Position numbers and translations under genes: made by a program. From the sequence record OR699282.2: 64,000 nt of DNA; one strand, 5' to 3'. The notes under the pieces are model-generated. The model was not told where the DNA came from, did no database searches, and saw only the letters and a list, made by a program, of their open reading frames with translations. Shown one piece after another: positions 1 through 15,270 of this stretch (positions within the stretch are counted from its first letter, which is position 1; every line of letters begins with the position of its first letter).

Positions 1-85
1 TGTTAATCTCCAATCTTATTGTTATTTTTATAAAGTATTTACCCAATTTTACGTTTTACATAGTTTATATGGAGAAAGAAGTAAT

Positions 86-1388
<1,303 letters not shown>

Positions 1389-1415
1389 CTTGAAATGTAA
1401 AAATCAGTCGAGGGA

Positions 1416-2759
1416 ATGATGAGTAAAATTAAGCTTACGGATAAGCAACAAGAAATCTTTGATGATTTTATAGATCGTGTTTACAATTATGCAGGTAAGA
1501 CCATTTCGGTTTTGTCTGCCCCAGCAGGAACTGGAAAAACATTCACTACTGCTGAGATTGTAAAAGCACTATGTAAAAACTATAATATTGCAGTAACTTC
1601 ACCTACACATAAAGCCAATGCTGTTATTCGTAATATGCTAATCAATAATGCTGGTCTTACTAAGGAAGATGCACAAGTTAGTACTATACACTCTTTTTTA
1701 GGATTAAAATTAGTATATGAAAAGAATCGTCAAGTACTGAAGCATGATCCACAAAGTAAAGTTAGTAATACTAACGTTGACATTCTTATTGTTGATGAGT
1801 GTAGTATGATTTCAGATGAACTATTCCAGCACATACAAGACCAATTGTGGCGTGTCCGTCGAGCAGTTTTATTCATTGGTGATCGTTGTCAATTGCCTCC
1901 AGTTGAGTCAGAAGGAACAATGGGCGAGACTAAATTGTCTCCTACGTTTGATGTACCTGTTCAATATGAGTTAACTGAGGTTTTACGACAAGCATTAGAT
2001 AATCCGATTCTGGCAGTTGCAACTGCTATTCGTGAGTGTATTGGAACTAGTAAAAATCCATTTGATATTATGCATCAGACATATGGTTTAAGCACTATTA
2101 CACCTATTGATGATGAAGATTTATTTTTAGATGTTTATCGTGAATTTATTATGGAAAACAAGGGTTCATCTAAAAAAATATTTGATTTCGTAAATGAAAA
2201 TAAAATCTTAGCATATACTAACTATCGAGTTAATTTGGCTAATATTTACATTAGAAGTCAACTATTTGAAGTACCAGATGAATTTACTAAAGGTGAACCA
2301 ATTGTTTTTGAAAGCATAACTGAGAATAGTCCATATGTAGTACAACAAATTATACAATGTCCTGAAGTGAAACGTGAAAGTTTTATGGGGATTGATTGTT
2401 GGCAATTCCGTTTACCTAATGGTAGTTATATTTTAGGCGTAGGACCAGAAACAAGAATTGCAATGGACGAAAAACTAGATAAACTTGTTAAGGATATTGA
2501 GAAAAAAGAAATAAATCCATTGACAAAGAAACCATATATGTGGCAGGATTACTATGTAATAAAGAATAAATTGCATATTATCAATTATCCTTACGCAACA
2601 ACTGTTCATAAATCGCAAGGAAGTACTTTTGATAACATTTGGTTTGATACTGATTTTATTGAACGTATTGGTACAAATGATACTAAGTGTAGAATTTTAT
2701 ACACTGCCATGACACGTCCACGTTATAGTGTTATGTTGAGACAAAATGCACGATTCTAA
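1416..2759 (+). CDS. dda: Dda/RecD-like SF1B DNA helicase
   Basis: Walker A APAGTGKT, VDECSM, GDRCQLPPV, YATTVHKSQGSTF, LYTAMTRP. Confidence 0.9.
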   Translation: MMSKIKLTDKQQEIFDDFIDRVYNYAGKTISVLSAPAGTGKTFTTAEIVKALCKNYNIAVTSPTHKANAVIRNMLINNAGLTKEDAQVSTIHSFLGLKLVYEKNRQVLKHDPQSKVSNTNVDILIVDECSMISDELFQHIQDQLWRVRRAVLFIGDRCQLPPVESEGTMGETKLSPTFDVPVQYELTEVLRQALDNPILAVATAIRECIGTSKNPFDIMHQTYGLSTITPIDDEDLFLDVYREFIMENKGSSKKIFDFVNENKILAYTNYRVNLANIYIRSQLFEVPDEFTKGEPIVFESITENSPYVVQQIIQCPEVKRESFMGIDCWQFRLPNGSYILGVGPETRIAMDEKLDKLVKDIEKKEINPLTKKPYMWQDYYVIKNKLHIINYPYATTVHKSQGSTFDNIWFDTDFIERIGTNDTKCRILYTAMTRPRYSVMLRQNARF

Positions 2760-2777
2760 AAGACTAAATGTTATACG

Positions 2778-2806
2778 TAAATATTTTTGATTTTTAATAA
2801 TAAATA
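2778..2806 (+). promoter_or_regulatory. putative T4-like late promoter(s) TAAATA
   Basis: TAAATA at 2778-2783 and 2801-2806; same hexamer precedes 4831, 11316, 17296 and (minus strand) 54116. The hexamer is common in AT-rich DNA. Confidence 0.45.
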
Positions 2807-2842
2807 ATCAAAAGTGTTTTGTATTATGGAGAAGAATATACA

Positions 2843-3409
2843 ATGAACAATTTACTACAAGTATTTAAAATTGAAGTTGCAGGGACGAACCTAGATAATA
2901 TCCCATATTATATGTATGGTGATTATGATTCATCTTCCCCAACAACCGCACCGACTGACCAGCAAACTATTGATAAGTCAATTGCACTTTTGCGTTACCT
3001 ACAACTTTCTCGTTTGCTTTCAACTTATTCAGTACCAGTTTATAGCAATGTTGAATTTGCTACACCAGGAACTGCAAAAACGATTCCAACTGGTGCAACA
3101 ATCACCGTTGGATATATTAGTTATCAACCTTTTCTTAGTACTTTGAGTGTTGCAGAACAAGCAGCACTAACTACTGAAGATATGAAAACAGCAAAAGCTG
3201 CTGAGATTATCCAAACACTAATCAATGATTCATTGAAAGGTAATGGCACTAATGCACTAGAAAATGAAGAAATTACTGTACAAAAAACCATACAACGTAT
3301 CAAGAATGCTCTTACTACGAGTACTGTTGATTTTATTGAGTATGAGAACGTGTATCTTAATGTTCCTTCTGTTTCTGATGCATCTGTAGTATCTTACGTT
3401 AAATTATAA
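2843..3409 (+). CDS. hypothetical late (possibly virion) protein
   Basis: ORF 2819-3409; ATG 2843 follows GGAG; preceded by TAAATA. Confidence 0.55.
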   Translation: MNNLLQVFKIEVAGTNLDNIPYYMYGDYDSSSPTTAPTDQQTIDKSIALLRYLQLSRLLSTYSVPVYSNVEFATPGTAKTIPTGATITVGYISYQPFLSTLSVAEQAALTTEDMKTAKAAEIIQTLINDSLKGNGTNALENEEITVQKTIQRIKNALTTSTVDFIEYENVYLNVPSVSDASVVSYVKL

Positions 3410-3432
3410 TTTTATAACATGGAGTTCTTGAC

Positions 3433-3627
3433 ATGACTGACAAAACATTTTATGATCGTATTATTGAAGACAAGGGAGTTTTTGATAAGGTAGTTTATGA
3501 CCTAGAACTTATGATCAAAGACGCACCGAACCCCCGTGTGCGAACCCAAGCAGAATTTGCAAAAACTTATCTTGTTCAAGTTCAAGCAATCTGTGAAGCA
3601 ATTAAAAAACACAATGATAGTGCTTGA
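3433..3627 (+). CDS. hypothetical protein
   Basis: 64-aa ORF with GGAG RBS. Confidence 0.6.
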   Translation: MTDKTFYDRIIEDKGVFDKVVYDLELMIKDAPNPRVRTQAEFAKTYLVQVQAICEAIKKHNDSA

Positions 3628-3652
3628 CAGAACTAATGTTCTATCCTATAAT
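3624..3652 (+). promoter_or_regulatory. sigma70-type early promoter upstream of IF3
   Basis: TTGACA-17 nt-TATAAT; spacer contains the inverted repeat AGAAC-TAAT-GTTCT. Confidence 0.85.
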
Positions 3653-3696
3653 TACTATCGAACAAAACATTAAAATCATATTGGAGCTTTTATTAC

Positions 3697-4759
<1,063 letters not shown>

Positions 4760-4770
4760 AATATAGACTT

Positions 4771-6936
<2,166 letters not shown>

Positions 6937-6937
<1 letters not shown>

Positions 6938-7728
6938 TGCCAAGTAAGAGTAAAAGTCAGGCTAAATTCTTCGCAGCCGCCGCACACAATCCAGAATTTG
7001 CAAAGAAAGCTGGAATTTCACAAAGTGCTGCTAAAGAATGGAATGCCGCTGATGAAAAGGAAGGAAATCTTAAAAAAAGTTCTAAACTTCCTAATAAAGT
7101 AAAAGAAGCAAGTATGCGTAGTTTAGTCGATATTGTACAAGATGCAGAATTAGCTGATACAGACGACAGAACTTGTGATATAATGGATTCATGTGAAGAC
7201 GACAAAGATAAGTTGGATGAAATGCCACAACGTTTCGATAGTTTTCAAGGTCAAGACCGAGACGAGTTTGTCGATAAAACTGCCGAAATGACAGGTAAGC
7301 ACAACATGGTTAAGTTCGCAGAACATAAAGACTATGATGTATATATGAACAAAAACGGTACTGGATTTATCGCTTACGATAAGTCTGGTAAACAGCTTGC
7401 TATAGTTAGTGGGCATTTATCCAATGATGCAGTACTTGGTGTTCAAAACGTTTTTGAAATTGCCGCAACTGCTTCTAAAACTGGAACTAAAGGTATAATT
7501 TATAATATCTTTATGGATATGATATCACATGGTATTAAAGTTCTGAGTGATAGTCTGCATACTGATGATGCGATTAAATTCTGGACCCGTTTAATTGGTT
7601 CCCATCAAGTTTATATTGTTGGTGGCGGTGAAGTACTTGCAAAGGCGAGTCCAGATAAGGTTCATAAGTACTGGAGTGATGATGAATCAAGTCCAAGTGC
7701 CGAACTTCAACTTATGTTAGTAAAATAA
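6937..7728 (+). CDS. phage protein with N-terminal AHNPEFAKKAGI motif and C-terminal GNAT-like domain
   Basis: MPSKSKSQAKFFAAAAHNPEFAKKAGISQ; C-terminal KGIIYNIF...VLSDSLHTDDAIKFWTRL. Confidence 0.45.
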
Positions 7729-7732
7729 TAAT

Positions 7733-7765
7733 ATATCGGGACAAATCGTTCCGATATTTTTTTTT
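7733..7765 (+). terminator. intrinsic terminator
   Basis: ATATCGGGAC/GTTCCGATAT stem followed by a T run. Confidence 0.75.
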
Positions 7766-7827
7766 GAGACAAACAAAACATTGGTGATACAATGTTTTAT
7801 GACAAAGAGACATGATAAGGAATTCAA

Positions 7828-9792
7828 ATGGCTAAGAAAGAAAGTGCTGTTCTACAGGAACATGATGTTCAACGACTAAATGATTATCAACATGCTCGTT
7901 TGCGTACCGAGATGTATCTTGGTTCTCGTTCAGTGCATGAAAGTCAAGTACTGATTTTTGGCGAATCAGGTTATGAGGTTAAGAACGTAGAATGGGTTCC
8001 TGCAATTCTTACTGCTACACGTGAAATTATTGATAACAGCTTAGATGAATTTAAAAAAGCTGGAACCAAAGAACCTGTTTTGAAAGTTGATTTCAATGAA
8101 GAAGAACTATCATTTGAAATTAGTGACAATGGACGTGGTATTCCAATTGATTATGTTCCAGAGTATCAGAAAAACTTGTGTACTATGGTAATGACTGAAA
8201 CAAAAACAGGCCGTAACTTTGACGATTCAAAACGTGATGAAACGATTGGTCAGAATGGTTTAGGTGGTTCTGTTGCAATGATTGTCAGTTCTAAGGCAGA
8301 GTTAGAAATTCATCGCCAAGGTCGTCCGTATAAAACACAAAGTAGTAATGATGGTTATGATGGGTTTTATAAGTTCAATCAGAAGTTTGAGGAAGGAACT
8401 ATTATGTTCCCTGAGCTTCATGTACACGAACCTACTATTAGAAAGGTACAAACCGATAAAACTGGAACAACAATTCGTTTTACTTTGAGTAAAGAAGTTT
8501 TTCCAAACAGAAAACTACCAACCGAATTACTTTATAGTATTCTTAAAGAAATGGCAGCAGCTAACCCAACTTATAAAATCTTTCTGAACGGGAAACGTAT
8601 TGCTATTAAAGGAAACACTGAAAAAGCACTCTTCAATGCATCTAAATTAATGCAGTTGAATGTTAAAGATGATTCATTCAATTTTAACAGTACTTTTTAT
8701 ATTGTTCCTAATGCAGTAGCTGGCATGAACACGAATTTCCATATGCATGGGTTGGTTAACAATGCTCCTGCATTTGATGGTGGTACACATCTTGATACAT
8801 TCAAGAAATTCTTCTCACTCGGTGTAGGAACTGCACTAGAGAAAGAATCTAAGAAACGTAGGATGAAACCAAATCGTTCTGATATTGAAGAAGGTTTGTT
8901 GATTTATAATGTCACAACTATGAAAGCACCTTCATTCAACTCACAGATTAAATCTAAACTAACTAATGAAAACGTAATCCGTCCAATTCAACAAGCTATG
9001 AGTACCGAATGGTTTGATGAATTAGTTAAGAAGAACAAAGAATGGGTTGATGAAATCTTCGAACGTTGTGCTGCCCGTACAAATAAGAAAGATGCAGAAG
9101 AAGATCGTCGCCTAGCAAAGAAACTTCTAAAAGGTAAAGTTGCAAAACTATTGGATAGTACTGGAACAGACCGTTCACAGTGTATTCTATTGATTGCAGA
9201 AGGTGACTCTGCAATTTCCAACATGGCTAGTGCTCGTATACCAAGTATTCATGGTATTCTACCATTGCGTGGGAAAATTATGAACGTCAGTGGTACTGAG
9301 AAAACCAAAGAATTAATGGATTCAATGGCTTTACATGATATAATGGCTAGTATCAACTTAGTTCCAGGTGTCAAAGCAGAACGTTCTGAACTAAACTATG
9401 GTAAGCTTTACATCTGTGCTGATGAAGATGAAGATGGGAAGAACATTGGTGCTCTAGTGTGTAACTTCTTATTTAAATTCTGGCCTGAATTGTTTCAAGA
9501 CCCAGAAAATCCATTTGTGTATGTATTCAAAACACCATTTATCATTCTTGAGAAAGGTAAAGAATCAAAATACTACTATGGTCATAATGTGCATGAATAT
9601 AACCCAGATGATTGGAAAGGCTGGAAAGCAACGCGTGCAAAAGGTTTAGGAACTTTAGAAAAAGCAAACTTCCGTGATGCATTCACTAATAGTGTTGCAG
9701 TAGCGATCACCGATGATGGCCGTCTTGGTGAAACTCTTGATTTGATTTTCAACAAGAAACGTGCAGATGATCGTAAGAACTGGATGGAATAA
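7828..9792 (+). CDS. type II DNA topoisomerase large (ATPase/TOPRIM) subunit, GyrB / T4 gp39+60-like
   Basis: EIIDNSLDE, DNGRGIP, TGRNFDD, GQNGLGG, IAEGDSA, PLRGKIMN, ADEDEDG, KGLG. Confidence 0.95.
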   Translation: MAKKESAVLQEHDVQRLNDYQHARLRTEMYLGSRSVHESQVLIFGESGYEVKNVEWVPAILTATREIIDNSLDEFKKAGTKEPVLKVDFNEEELSFEISDNGRGIPIDYVPEYQKNLCTMVMTETKTGRNFDDSKRDETIGQNGLGGSVAMIVSSKAELEIHRQGRPYKTQSSNDGYDGFYKFNQKFEEGTIMFPELHVHEPTIRKVQTDKTGTTIRFTLSKEVFPNRKLPTELLYSILKEMAAANPTYKIFLNGKRIAIKGNTEKALFNASKLMQLNVKDDSFNFNSTFYIVPNAVAGMNTNFHMHGLVNNAPAFDGGTHLDTFKKFFSLGVGTALEKESKKRRMKPNRSDIEEGLLIYNVTTMKAPSFNSQIKSKLTNENVIRPIQQAMSTEWFDELVKKNKEWVDEIFERCAARTNKKDAEEDRRLAKKLLKGKVAKLLDSTGTDRSQCILLIAEGDSAISNMASARIPSIHGILPLRGKIMNVSGTEKTKELMDSMALHDIMASINLVPGVKAERSELNYGKLYICADEDEDGKNIGALVCNFLFKFWPELFQDPENPFVYVFKTPFIILEKGKESKYYYGHNVHEYNPDDWKGWKATRAKGLGTLEKANFRDAFTNSVAVAITDDGRLGETLDLIFNKKRADDRKNWME

Positions 9793-9803
9793 TATAGACT
9801 AAT

Positions 9804-9826
9804 GGGGAACATGGTGTTCCCCTTTT
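9804..9826 (+). terminator. intrinsic terminator between the topoisomerase genes
   Basis: GGGGAAC-ATGGT-GTTCCCC-TTTT. Confidence 0.7.
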
Positions 9827-9842
9827 ACCAAGAGACAATGGA

Positions 9843-11255
9843 ATGGCTAAAAGTAAAAAAACAGAAAATCATAATATCGATAACCAAACACTAACTCTAC
9901 TAGATTATAACAGTTCTGATTATGTGAATACAACATCACTAGAATATTCGATGTATACACTAGACCGTGCTATTCCTGGAATTGATGGTCTAAAGAGTTC
10001 ACAACGTAAAGCAATCTTCACATTATCTAAAATTAGTGGGGAAATTAAAACAGTATCATGTGCTGGAAAAATGATTAGTGATGGTATCTATCTTCATGGG
10101 GACACGTCAGCATCAGGAACACTTCAAAATCTAGCATCTCCAGTAGCTAACAACTATCCTCTTATTGGAAAACGTGGTGGTTTTGGTACACAAGTAAACA
10201 GTACACCAGCATCTGCTCGTTACACTTATGTTAAAAAGAATAAGAGTACTGAGATGCTTGTTTTGCGTGATGCTGATATTATACCAATGAAAGAGAACTA
10301 TGACGGGACAACATATGAACCTGTTCATTTCTTGCCTATTATTCCATTATCATTGTTTGGTAATGATAGTATGTCAGTTGGTTATAAGAGTACAATTCTA
10401 CCACATAAAATTGAAGATATTATTGATAATTGTATTCGTGCTATTGATAAAAAACCACTAAAAGAAATGACCCCATATTATGTTTCATGTGGTGCAAGTG
10501 ATGTTGTGACTAAGCTTGATGAAAATAAGTATGAATTCTATGGTAAAGCTGAGGTTATTGATGCAAGCACTGTTAAAGTAACAGGCTTACCACCTAATTA
10601 CAGTATTGAGAAATTCATCGAAAAACTAATCAAAATGAGTGATGATGGTGAGATTCGTGATTATGACAATGATAGTACTGATGTAATTGATATTACCATT
10701 AAACTTCCACGTGGAACGTCAGCTAAATGGACAGAGATGGATGTTATTGAGTATTTTGGCATTAACAAAAAAATGACTCAACATTTAACTGTTCTAGGTG
10801 AAAATGGCAAAGTGAAAGTTTACGATACGACAATGGATTTGATTAAAGACTTCGTTGATTTCCGTTTCAAATATTACATCAAGCGTTATGAAAAGAAACT
10901 TGATGATTGTGCTGCTGAAGTTCGTTATAAAATTCTAATTAAAGAATGTTTCGATAATGATATGATTGCTAAGGTAAAAGGATTTGCAAACCGTGCTGAA
11001 ATGGTTGAATTCGTTAAATCGTTAAATACCGAAATTGAAGCAACGGAAGAGAATATTCAAAGCATTGTAAACTTCCCTTCATATCGCTGGACGCAAGATA
11101 ATTATCAATCAGTACTACAAGATATTCAAGATAATCTTGATTTGATGGATAAGTACAATGAACTGTTATCTAATCATGACTTAATTTGGGACATTTATAA
11201 ATCTGAACTAAAAGAACTAAGAAAGATTGACTTTACTCCTAAATCAGACAATTGA
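9843..11255 (+). CDS. type II DNA topoisomerase DNA-binding/cleavage subunit, GyrA / T4 gp52-like
   Basis: RAIPGIDGLKSSQRK, YLHGDTS, GGFGT, ASARYT, EPVHFLPIIP. Confidence 0.95.
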   Translation: MAKSKKTENHNIDNQTLTLLDYNSSDYVNTTSLEYSMYTLDRAIPGIDGLKSSQRKAIFTLSKISGEIKTVSCAGKMISDGIYLHGDTSASGTLQNLASPVANNYPLIGKRGGFGTQVNSTPASARYTYVKKNKSTEMLVLRDADIIPMKENYDGTTYEPVHFLPIIPLSLFGNDSMSVGYKSTILPHKIEDIIDNCIRAIDKKPLKEMTPYYVSCGASDVVTKLDENKYEFYGKAEVIDASTVKVTGLPPNYSIEKFIEKLIKMSDDGEIRDYDNDSTDVIDITIKLPRGTSAKWTEMDVIEYFGINKKMTQHLTVLGENGKVKVYDTTMDLIKDFVDFRFKYYIKRYEKKLDDCAAEVRYKILIKECFDNDMIAKVKGFANRAEMVEFVKSLNTEIEATEENIQSIVNFPSYRWTQDNYQSVLQDIQDNLDLMDKYNELLSNHDLIWDIYKSELKELRKIDFTPKSDN

Positions 11256-11265
11256 TATATTTAAT

Positions 11266-11304
11266 GGAAGACCTTATGGGTCTTCCTTGTCCTTTATATA
11301 AATA
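11266..11304 (+). promoter_or_regulatory. terminator hairpin followed by late promoter TATAAATA
   Basis: GGAAGACC-TTAT-GGGTCTTCC; TATAAATA at 11297-11304. Confidence 0.65.
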
Positions 11305-11342
11305 ATCTATAGATAATGGCAGCTTGGCTATGGAGAATTATA

Positions 11343-13736
11343 ATGACAACTTTTACCCCACGATGGGATATAAAAGCCGATGCTCGATATATACAAGAAG
11401 GACAAGACATTCTTGTGCGTTTGAGTATCAATAAAGAAAGCACAACGGATGATAGCTATGTATTAAATGAAGATGAATACTTAGAAATGATTCTTAACAT
11501 ACAATGCTTGGATAGTTCAGGTGCTGTATTTGATCCAGAACCACATTATACTTTTTATGTTGGTAATGACGAAAATACTTTTGTTCCTATTTCAGATGGT
11601 ACAACTGGTAATAAATTAGTAAATGGTAAGCATAAGTGTAAAATCAGCAAAAATGAATTTAACTTATCTGCAAGTACTAATAGTGAAGATGTTTATTTTA
11701 TAAAAATTCATTGTAAAAATGATGGAACCTATAATAATACAGAAATTATAAATTTTTATTTACAAGCAGTAAATGTTATGTATTTTGGAAATATTTCACC
11801 AAGTGGTGTTCTAGGATTAACTGATACATCAATAACATATGATAGTCAAGAAGTTTGGGTTACACCCGGAGTTGAGATTGGTGATGACAAAAAGCTTTAT
11901 TGTATTGGTGATGTTGAGTATGGCTCCAACAGTACATTGTTCGTTCAAGGATTTGGAAGAAGACGACCTTTCATTTTGGGTACTGACATGACTACTGATA
12001 TTACACCTCGTGTCTTTTTTCCAGCATATCGTTTGATTGACATGGATATTTCTGAAGTTCCAGATAAACATATTACGAATGATTTCGCAGTATTCAAGCC
12101 AGCACAATCAACATGGCCTATTTCTGGTATAAACAAAGAAGTAAAAGTTAATATTCAAAATAGAAATGGTAATTTAATTGACACTGGAATGGTGTTCAAC
12201 CCAAATGGGCAATTATTGCAAACATTTTTATATGACTCAGATGCTTGTGATGCATATTTTAAAGTTGAGATTGTTGATATATTAAGTACATACACCGAAG
12301 AAAGTGAAAGGTTTGCTATCAATCAACGATATAAAGCATATCAAATGTGGGTTTGTCCTGAAGACATAGATACTATATATTCTATTTCAGAAAAACCACT
12401 ACCCAATCATTTATATCAATTAAAAGATAATGTTGTGTATCCATACGTAATTAGTGGTGAATACGATAATGGAACAATTAAGCCCGTTTATGATAGTAGT
12501 GATTGGATTGATTTAGGATATTATGACTCTACTCTTGGTGATAATATCATTGGTATGCAAAAAATGTTCAGGGTTTTGATAAACGCAGAAGAAGGTAATA
12601 ATATAAACTTTATTACTGATAGTGATTTAGGAACCATACATGTTGGTGAATATTTTGGAGACAGTATATATCCTAAAATTGAAACTGATAGCTCTAATCA
12701 AGTTTCGTATGTTTTAGATGGTGGTGATGACATTAGAAAGTATGGGATAGATTTGACACCAGATGGATATCTTGTAGGAACTGCATATGCCAAAAGTATT
12801 GATTTTAGTGAAAATGATGATATTAAATTATCGTTTTATGTTAAAGCATTTAGTACTGAAGGTGGTGAAGCAAGAAAAATATTTAACCTTAAGATTGTAA
12901 GAGGATTCGGACAGAATTATTTGAGTGCACATGTATTACCTTCGGTTGCATTTGAGAGAGAATGGTTTAAATGTATAAGTACTTCATCATTCACTAATCA
13001 ACTATTTTTCCGACAATCTGACAATAGATATGGTCTTCAGAAAATACCGAAGATGTTATTGAAAGAAAACTTCCTAAGTCAAACGTATCCATATACTAAC
13101 CTTTCTGATATCAAGAAAGTATTGAGAAATAGTATAATTAACCCAAATGGAACTACTATTCCAAATGGAAAATTTAAAATGGTAATGGGTAATTATAAAA
13201 TAATATCAGCACTTGACAATCAAGGTAACTTACAATATGATCTATTATATAGAGAGGTTTTACCTGAAGGTTCTTTAGTATCTGTATCCAAAAATCCACG
13301 TCAATATACTCAAATCGACAACGGTCAGCTTGGTGAATTATTTGGTTTACGACAAAATATTTTTCAGGCTATTGGTGAAGACACAACCAACTTAGTAAAA
13401 GACCCAACCGATTTACAAAATCGTGGTCTATACGTTGATGCGATACCAAGTATCAGTGATGAAATGCTTGATACGGTTCCAAGATTTATGAATCACCCAT
13501 ACATTGAAGATGGTATACAGAAAAAATTCATGCCTATCATTCCAGTTGCATATTGTCAACCAGGCAAAGGTGAAGCATTTTTCAACACTTTACTTCAGAA
13601 CAATGAACATGGTACAATGGTAGGTGTAGAGTTCGAAATCACATCGGTTGAATTCGGATACTTTTCGCATGAATCAGTGAATTATGTTTCAGATACATTT
13701 TTGATTACATTGCAAAACAATAACATAGGAGGTTAA
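11343..13736 (+). CDS. large late, probably virion structural, protein
   Basis: ORF 11316-13736; ATG 11343 follows GGAG; beta-rich composition; behind TATAAATA. Confidence 0.55.
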   Translation: MTTFTPRWDIKADARYIQEGQDILVRLSINKESTTDDSYVLNEDEYLEMILNIQCLDSSGAVFDPEPHYTFYVGNDENTFVPISDGTTGNKLVNGKHKCKISKNEFNLSASTNSEDVYFIKIHCKNDGTYNNTEIINFYLQAVNVMYFGNISPSGVLGLTDTSITYDSQEVWVTPGVEIGDDKKLYCIGDVEYGSNSTLFVQGFGRRRPFILGTDMTTDITPRVFFPAYRLIDMDISEVPDKHITNDFAVFKPAQSTWPISGINKEVKVNIQNRNGNLIDTGMVFNPNGQLLQTFLYDSDACDAYFKVEIVDILSTYTEESERFAINQRYKAYQMWVCPEDIDTIYSISEKPLPNHLYQLKDNVVYPYVISGEYDNGTIKPVYDSSDWIDLGYYDSTLGDNIIGMQKMFRVLINAEEGNNINFITDSDLGTIHVGEYFGDSIYPKIETDSSNQVSYVLDGGDDIRKYGIDLTPDGYLVGTAYAKSIDFSENDDIKLSFYVKAFSTEGGEARKIFNLKIVRGFGQNYLSAHVLPSVAFEREWFKCISTSSFTNQLFFRQSDNRYGLQKIPKMLLKENFLSQTYPYTNLSDIKKVLRNSIINPNGTTIPNGKFKMVMGNYKIISALDNQGNLQYDLLYREVLPEGSLVSVSKNPRQYTQIDNGQLGELFGLRQNIFQAIGEDTTNLVKDPTDLQNRGLYVDAIPSISDEMLDTVPRFMNHPYIEDGIQKKFMPIIPVAYCQPGKGEAFFNTLLQNNEHGTMVGVEFEITSVEFGYFSHESVNYVSDTFLITLQNNNIGG

Positions 13737-13737
13737 T

Positions 13738-14049
13738 ATGTTTAATCCGTTTTTTGACCCGTCTGGAATGACGGAAAAAGAACTACAGTTAAAAATTAAT
13801 GAACAGTCAATGCGTTTAACTTCTGCTCGTGCTGCTGGCCTAAGCGACATGATTATTGGTAATATGCAAACTGTCTTAAATCAATGTTATGCTGAACTAG
13901 AACTTCGCCAAGGACAAAAAGAAAAAACTGTTTATGACGAAGAAGACCCATGTATCTTCGATATGGATTCATATCTAACTGACAACGAAGAGGCCCAGAA
14001 GAAGAAAAATGAAAGTACAAGGAAACAGATTTATAAGTCCCAATGGTGA
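13738..14049 (+). CDS. hypothetical protein
   Basis: 103-aa ORF with GGAGG RBS. Confidence 0.65.
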   Translation: MFNPFFDPSGMTEKELQLKINEQSMRLTSARAAGLSDMIIGNMQTVLNQCYAELELRQGQKEKTVYDEEDPCIFDMDSYLTDNEEAQKKKNESTRKQIYKSQW

Positions 14050-14527
14050 TGTGAAATGTAATCTTAACGCAGTTGTTTATGCAATCAATTGCGGTGCAGA
14101 TATCCAGTACTTACAATTGCAGGAAATTGATGAACCTGAAAGGTTGAAATTCAATGATAACTGTAAAAAATTTGGCTTAGAACAACGTATGCTGGATTAT
14201 ACAATTGAGCATGATAAAAATCATGAACTGTGGCGATATGATCCAGTATACGACAATATAAATCTGCGTGACTTTTTCTTACAAAAATGCACATCCGATG
14301 AAGCACGAAAACGTGTTGAGTATGAACTTGATTTATATGAATATTATAATATGACAAAGCTACTAAGATGTATGATATGGCTTGTTGATTATATGGAAGA
14401 AAATGAGATCTTTTGGGGTCTAGGTCGTGGAAGCTCTGTTGCATCATACTGTTTGTTTTTGATTGGACTACATATGGTAGATTCATTGAAGTACGAACTT
14501 GATGTTAACGAATTTTTGAAATGGTAG
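14009..14527 (+). CDS. truncated DNA polymerase III alpha (DnaE)-like protein
   Basis: RVEYELDLY, WGLGRGSSVASYCLFLIGLHMVDSLKYELDVNEFL matches the DnaE GRGS region; ends before the catalytic PD(F/I)DxD. Confidence 0.75.
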   Translation: MKVQGNRFISPNGDVKCNLNAVVYAINCGADIQYLQLQEIDEPERLKFNDNCKKFGLEQRMLDYTIEHDKNHELWRYDPVYDNINLRDFFLQKCTSDEARKRVEYELDLYEYYNMTKLLRCMIWLVDYMEENEIFWGLGRGSSVASYCLFLIGLHMVDSLKYELDVNEFLKW

Positions 14528-14590
14528 AAAAACATGTGATATAATGTTTATTGTAGGCTTATATCACACATACAATAAAAGGATTTTGAT

Positions 14591-14935
14591 ATGTCTAAAC
14601 ATACAACTTATCGTGGTACAACAATTGACATGGATATGCTCAAGTACCAAAATCAACATCAGGTAGCATTAGGTAATGCTAATTTAAACGCACGTGGTGA
14701 TAAAATCGGTTCAGGTGGAACAATTATTAAAACTCGTGAAGAGTTGATTCAAGAAAAAGAACGAGAAATGCAAATTCCTGATTATATCCCTGAACATCAA
14801 CTTCATAGTACTGAACATGGTACGGATGAAGTATGGGATGATGAGAGTTTTGAAGTTAAGCCCGAAGAACAAGAAGCTGAGGTTTCTGAAGAGAAGAAAG
14901 CACCACGTCGAGCTAGAACCAAAGATCAGGAGTAA
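14591..14935 (+). CDS. conserved jumbo-phage hypothetical protein
   Basis: TYRGTTIDMDMLK...GNANLNARGDKIGSGG; AAGGA RBS; acidic tail. Confidence 0.6.
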   Translation: MSKHTTYRGTTIDMDMLKYQNQHQVALGNANLNARGDKIGSGGTIIKTREELIQEKEREMQIPDYIPEHQLHSTEHGTDEVWDDESFEVKPEEQEAEVSEEKKAPRRARTKDQE

Positions 14936-14943
14936 TATATTAA

Positions 14944-15270
14944 ATGACTAATAAAGTAATGACTGCATGTAAAGGTAAAGTACTGGTAACTGAACTGGAA
15001 CATGGTGAACGCAAAACAGCAGGTGGTATCGTTTTAACAAACGATGACGGTAAAATTAGAGGTATTCGTTCTCGCTGGGCAAAAGTTTATTCTGTAGGCG
15101 AAGACATTACTGATATTAAAGAAGGTCAATGGATTTTAATTGATCATGGTCGATGGTCAAGAACTATTGAAGTTGATGGTATTGAATTAAACTTGGTTGA
15201 TTATCCAGCCGCAGTTAGTTTAGTTTCAGATGAAGATCCACGAACTAAAATGCTAACCTTTGGTCGTTAA
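14944..15270 (+). CDS. groES: co-chaperonin GroES
   Basis: KVLVTELEHGERKTAGGIVLT, KVYSVG, IKEGQWIL. Confidence 0.85.
   Translation: MTNKVMTACKGKVLVTELEHGERKTAGGIVLTNDDGKIRGIRSRWAKVYSVGEDITDIKEGQWILIDHGRWSRTIEVDGIELNLVDYPAAVSLVSDEDPRTKMLTFGR

Noticed and set aside
7828-9792. T4 gene 60-type translational bypass or split topoisomerase subunit
   Set aside because: The large subunit is one uninterrupted 654-aa ORF with all motifs in frame.
13738-14935. Split intein or frameshift joining the DnaE fragment to neighbouring ORFs
   Set aside because: No intein terminal motifs, and the flanking ORFs show no DnaE similarity; a promoter-like element lies between 14527 and 14591.
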